Below the pieces are notes generated by a model. That model was given only the letters and a program-made list of their open reading frames with translations. It did not search any database and was not told the origin of the DNA. Of a stretch of 64,000 nucleotides of DNA, positions 61,261-64,000 are shown piece by piece; positions within the stretch are counted from its first letter, which is position 1; every line of letters starts with the position of its first letter. This stretch comes from Acidobacteriota bacterium (GTDB lineage Bacteria; Acidobacteriota; UBA890; WLXD01): NCBI GenBank assembly GCA_963666215.2, contig CAXWPL010000004.1, forward strand, positions 448,001 through 512,000, given 5' to 3'. A program made the translations under genes and the position numbers.

Positions 61261-63666
61261 CTAGCGCAGCCCGTCGATCGCGCCACGAAGGCCCGGCAGC
61301 TTGGCGTCGAGACGCTTCTTGATCTCATCGACGCGACGATCGGCATCGAGCGCCTCGATCTGGACCTCGATCTCATCGACGCTCTCTTCGACGCGCAGCT
61401 CCTCGATCTCACGCTCGATCTCGGCCACGCGGCGCTCGACCTCGAGGGTCTCGATCTCACGCTCGACCTCCTCCACCTGGCCGCTGGTGTGAAGCTCTTC
61501 GATCTGCTTTTCCACCTCCGCGACCCGCGAATCGGCACCGTACTCCTCGATCTCACGGTCGATCTCGGCGATGGCCGCCTGGTGCTCCTCAACGCTGCGC
61601 TGGGTTCGCTGACGGTCGTCATCGGTGGCTCTGCTCGGGTTGCCGAGCCGTGCGCGCAAGCTGGAGATCGCTCCCTGATGACTCGAGATCGCACCCCGAA
61701 GAGAGCTGACTTGTCCACGCACCGACGAGATCTTGCCCTGTAGCGTGCTGCGCTGGCCATGCATCGTCGAGATCTTGCCGTGCAGCGTGCTGCGCTGGCC
61801 GTGGACTGTCGAGATCCTGCCGTACAGCGTGCTGCGCTGGCCGTGGATCGTCGAAATCTGACCGTGGAGCGTGCTCACGCGCCCTCGCAACTGGGCGATC
61901 TCCCAGTAGTCCGCCAGCACGGACAGCACTTCGTTTTGCCAAAGCCTGGCCGACTCATCGTAGGGACGCGCCGCTCCGTCGACTCTGAGGTCGTAGCTCA
62001 ACGAGCCATCGACGCCCGGCGCCGCGGAAATCTCGAGCTGCTGCATGCCGCCCGAGCTGACTTCAGTCTCGATCCGCACCGACCCGTTGTCGCCCACGGA
62101 GATCACCCGATCGCCACTGTCGCTGAGCTCCACATCGCCCGACACTCGCATGCACAACCTGGTGCCCTCGATGAGGTACTGAACAATGCGATCGCCATCG
62201 CTGGTGCCGGCGAGCTGAACACCGTCGCGACGAGTCGACATCGAGCCCCTGAAGTTGCCTTGCAGACGGCTCCCCCGTCCGCAGGTGCTCTCGCGCCAGT
62301 CATTCCGCGTTGCGGCGACGGCGGCTGGCGCCAGGGTGATGGTCGCAACAGCTCCGGCCGGCGTACCGCCAGAAGCCTCCATCCCGTTGAGCGGCTCCGC
62401 GCTGACATTTACCACCGCGCCGCCCAGCTGCGCGCCACCCTCTCCAGCCACGGGCCGCTCTCGCGGTGACGCCGAGGCAATCGACAGTGTGGCCAGCAAG
62501 ATGACAACGAGCGTGGTTGTGGCCAGCGGAGCGCCAACACGGCTTCGTCCGGTGCCGTCAAGAATCGCCATGAGTCTTCTCTCCAATTGGAGAATTTCGA
62601 TCATCGGTAGGGCCGGCGCCGGCGCCCACCCCGATGCTGCGGAGTCGAGTGTGTCGGCGAGGTCGAGCAGATGGCGCGCGTACTCCGACGGCCTGACGCC
62701 GAGCGCCAACACGGCTTCGTCGCACGCCTGCTCGCGCGCCAGTCCAGCGCGCCGTACGGCGATCCAGGTCAGCGGATGGAACCAGTAGAGCGCCGTGGTG
62801 ATTCTGCCGACGCAATGGCGCAGAAGATCGTTGCGTCGGATATGCACCAGCTCGTGTCGCAGAACGACTCGCCGGAGTTCCTCCGACCATCCCTCGGCGT
62901 CGCACGGTAGGACAACAAACGGCGAAAGAATGCCGCCCGTCGAAGGTGTACGGACCTCGGAGCTGAGCAGCAGCGAAACTCCACGTCGAATGCCGACCTC
63001 GCGCCGTACGGCGTTCGTCGCTCGGCTCCAGGGCTCGTCGCACAGGCGCCGGGCGCGCCCTCGCAGCCGGCGTGAAGCCACCAGCGACGCCGCAAGGCGC
63101 AAGCAGACGAACAGGCAGCCCAGAGCCCAGACCCCGAGCGCGAAGGCCGGCAAATTCGTCCACGTCCACCGGCCGCCTACAGACTGAAGCCCGGGACCAC
63201 CACCAGCGTCCCCAGCGCGCTCTGAGGACAGCTCACCAAGCGCCTGCTCGCCGGCCGTCGAGGCAGCGCGGTCGCCGGCTTCGAACGGCGAACCCGATGT
63301 CGCGCGACCCGCGACGGTGGTCTCCCCGGTGCTCGGGCTCGAGTCGATCGGATTCGTGAAGGCGGCGCTTCGATTCGAGGGAACCGAGCTCGCGTTCTGG
63401 AGAATCGCCGCGATCCGATCGGCCGTCCGCGCCGGCAAGAACGCCACCGGTGTGGCCGGAAGCAGATACGCCAACCCCGGCAGCAGGAGGGCGGAGGCGA
63501 TCATCAGGCTCCACAGCGAGTGACGCGAGCCGGCCGATGCCCGGCGAAGGACCCGTTCGCCGAGGAACGCCAGGCCGAGCAGAAAGGTGAGCTTGCCGAC
63601 CAACACTGCCACCGACGCTACGATCGAGAGCCCTCCCGCAGAGGTGATGTCTGTCAGATCGAGCAT
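61261..63666 (-). CDS. M56 (BlaR1/MecR1-like) metallopeptidase sensor with repeat-rich C-terminus
   Basis: RHSLW, HELVHIRRND, WFHPLTW, REQACDE, YARHLL, LERRL; downstream of BlaI. Confidence 0.92.
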   Translation of the reverse strand: MLDLTDITSAGGLSIVASVAVLVGKLTFLLGLAFLGERVLRRASAGSRHSLWSLMIASALLLPGLAYLLPATPVAFLPARTADRIAAILQNASSVPSNRSAAFTNPIDSSPSTGETTVAGRATSGSPFEAGDRAASTAGEQALGELSSERAGDAGGGPGLQSVGGRWTWTNLPAFALGVWALGCLFVCLRLAASLVASRRLRGRARRLCDEPWSRATNAVRREVGIRRGVSLLLSSEVRTPSTGGILSPFVVLPCDAEGWSEELRRVVLRHELVHIRRNDLLRHCVGRITTALYWFHPLTWIAVRRAGLAREQACDEAVLALGVRPSEYARHLLDLADTLDSAASGWAPAPALPMIEILQLERRLMAILDGTGRSRVGAPLATTTLVVILLATLSIASASPRERPVAGEGGAQLGGAVVNVSAEPLNGMEASGGTPAGAVATITLAPAAVAATRNDWRESTCGRGSRLQGNFRGSMSTRRDGVQLAGTSDGDRIVQYLIEGTRLCMRVSGDVELSDSGDRVISVGDNGSVRIETEVSSGGMQQLEISAAPGVDGSLSYDLRVDGAARPYDESARLWQNEVLSVLADYWEIAQLRGRVSTLHGQISTIHGQRSTLYGRISTVHGQRSTLHGKISTMHGQRSTLQGKISSVRGQVSSLRGAISSHQGAISSLRARLGNPSRATDDDRQRTQRSVEEHQAAIAEIDREIEEYGADSRVAEVEKQIEELHTSGQVEEVEREIETLEVERRVAEIEREIEELRVEESVDEIEVQIEALDADRRVDEIKKRLDAKLPGLRGAIDGLR
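61665..61890 (-). repeat. 21/42-bp tandem repeat encoding heptads (HGQRSTL/HGKISTM)
   Basis: AGCGTGCTGCGCTGGCC recurs three times at 42-bp spacing; about 11-12 heptads in the protein. Confidence 0.9.
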
Positions 63667-63667
63667 T

Positions 63668-64000
63668 TCATCTGCCCTCGCTCGCGGCATGGTCGATGAG
63701 GCGCTTCAACTGCGCCCGCTGCTCATCACTCAGCTTGTTGCGTTCGAGCTCCAGCAGGCTCACGAGCGCTCCCTCGGCCGAGCCCCCGAAGAACGTGCTC
63801 ACCAGATGCGCCAGCGCCGAGCGGCCGGCGGCGGCGCGCGGCACGGTTGGCAGGTAGACGTACCGCGGCCCGTCCTGCTCGTAGCGCAAGTGTCCCTTTT
63901 CCACCAGGATGCGCAAAGTCGCGCGCACAGCGGCGTCGGTAGGCGGCGCATCCATCGCCTCACGCGCCTCGGCCGCGGTGACTCTTTCGAGCCGATAGGC
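63668..64000 (-). CDS. BlaI/MecI/CopY family repressor, 5' end beyond the window
   Basis: TAAEAREAM.APPTDAAVRATLRILVEKG, DGPRYVY, TFFGGS. Confidence 0.92.
   Translation of the reverse strand, partial: AYRLERVTAAEAREAMDAPPTDAAVRATLRILVEKGHLRYEQDGPRYVYLPTVPRAAAGRSALAHLVSTFFGGSAEGALVSLLELERNKLSDEQRAQLKRLIDHAASEGR

Noticed and set aside
61665-61890. Regularly spaced repeats as a CRISPR array
   Set aside because: 42-bp period, in frame within a protein, intervening sequences similar to each other, no cas genes.

Overview
High-GC bacterial chromosomal window with no rRNA, tRNA or CRISPR that I could recognise. It is most likely Acidobacteriota, inferred from four loci or fragments of the duplicated FtsX-type orphan permease (ADOP), two of them paired with PadR, plus a cytochrome c/PQQ-dehydrogenase pair and a BlaI/M56 pair. 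Gene content: RND efflux, a two-component system, several peptidases (S9, M1, M19, M28, CPBP), RecQ, three PIN/VapC toxin-antitoxin modules, an IS256, and an IS481 with a clean 6-bp target duplication inside a secreted-protein gene. Four observations stand out. (1) A membrane-anchored FG-GAP/CRTAC1 + ASPIC/UnbV + CxxC thioredoxin protein is split by an in-frame TGA, making it a candidate selenoprotein. (2) Two inverted, about 80% identical, about 147-bp hairpin elements with compensatory base-pair changes bracket a PadR-ADOP cassette. (3) A BlaR1-like M56 sensor has a His-rich heptad array and acidic repeats where the sensor domain would be. (4) About a dozen lesions occur: microhomology-bounded deletions, a short duplication, inversion junctions and in-frame TAGs. 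These reflect either amplification/assembly chimerism or real genome decay, and they limit confidence in any single-base claim. All family calls come from motif recognition by eye; no database search was run.
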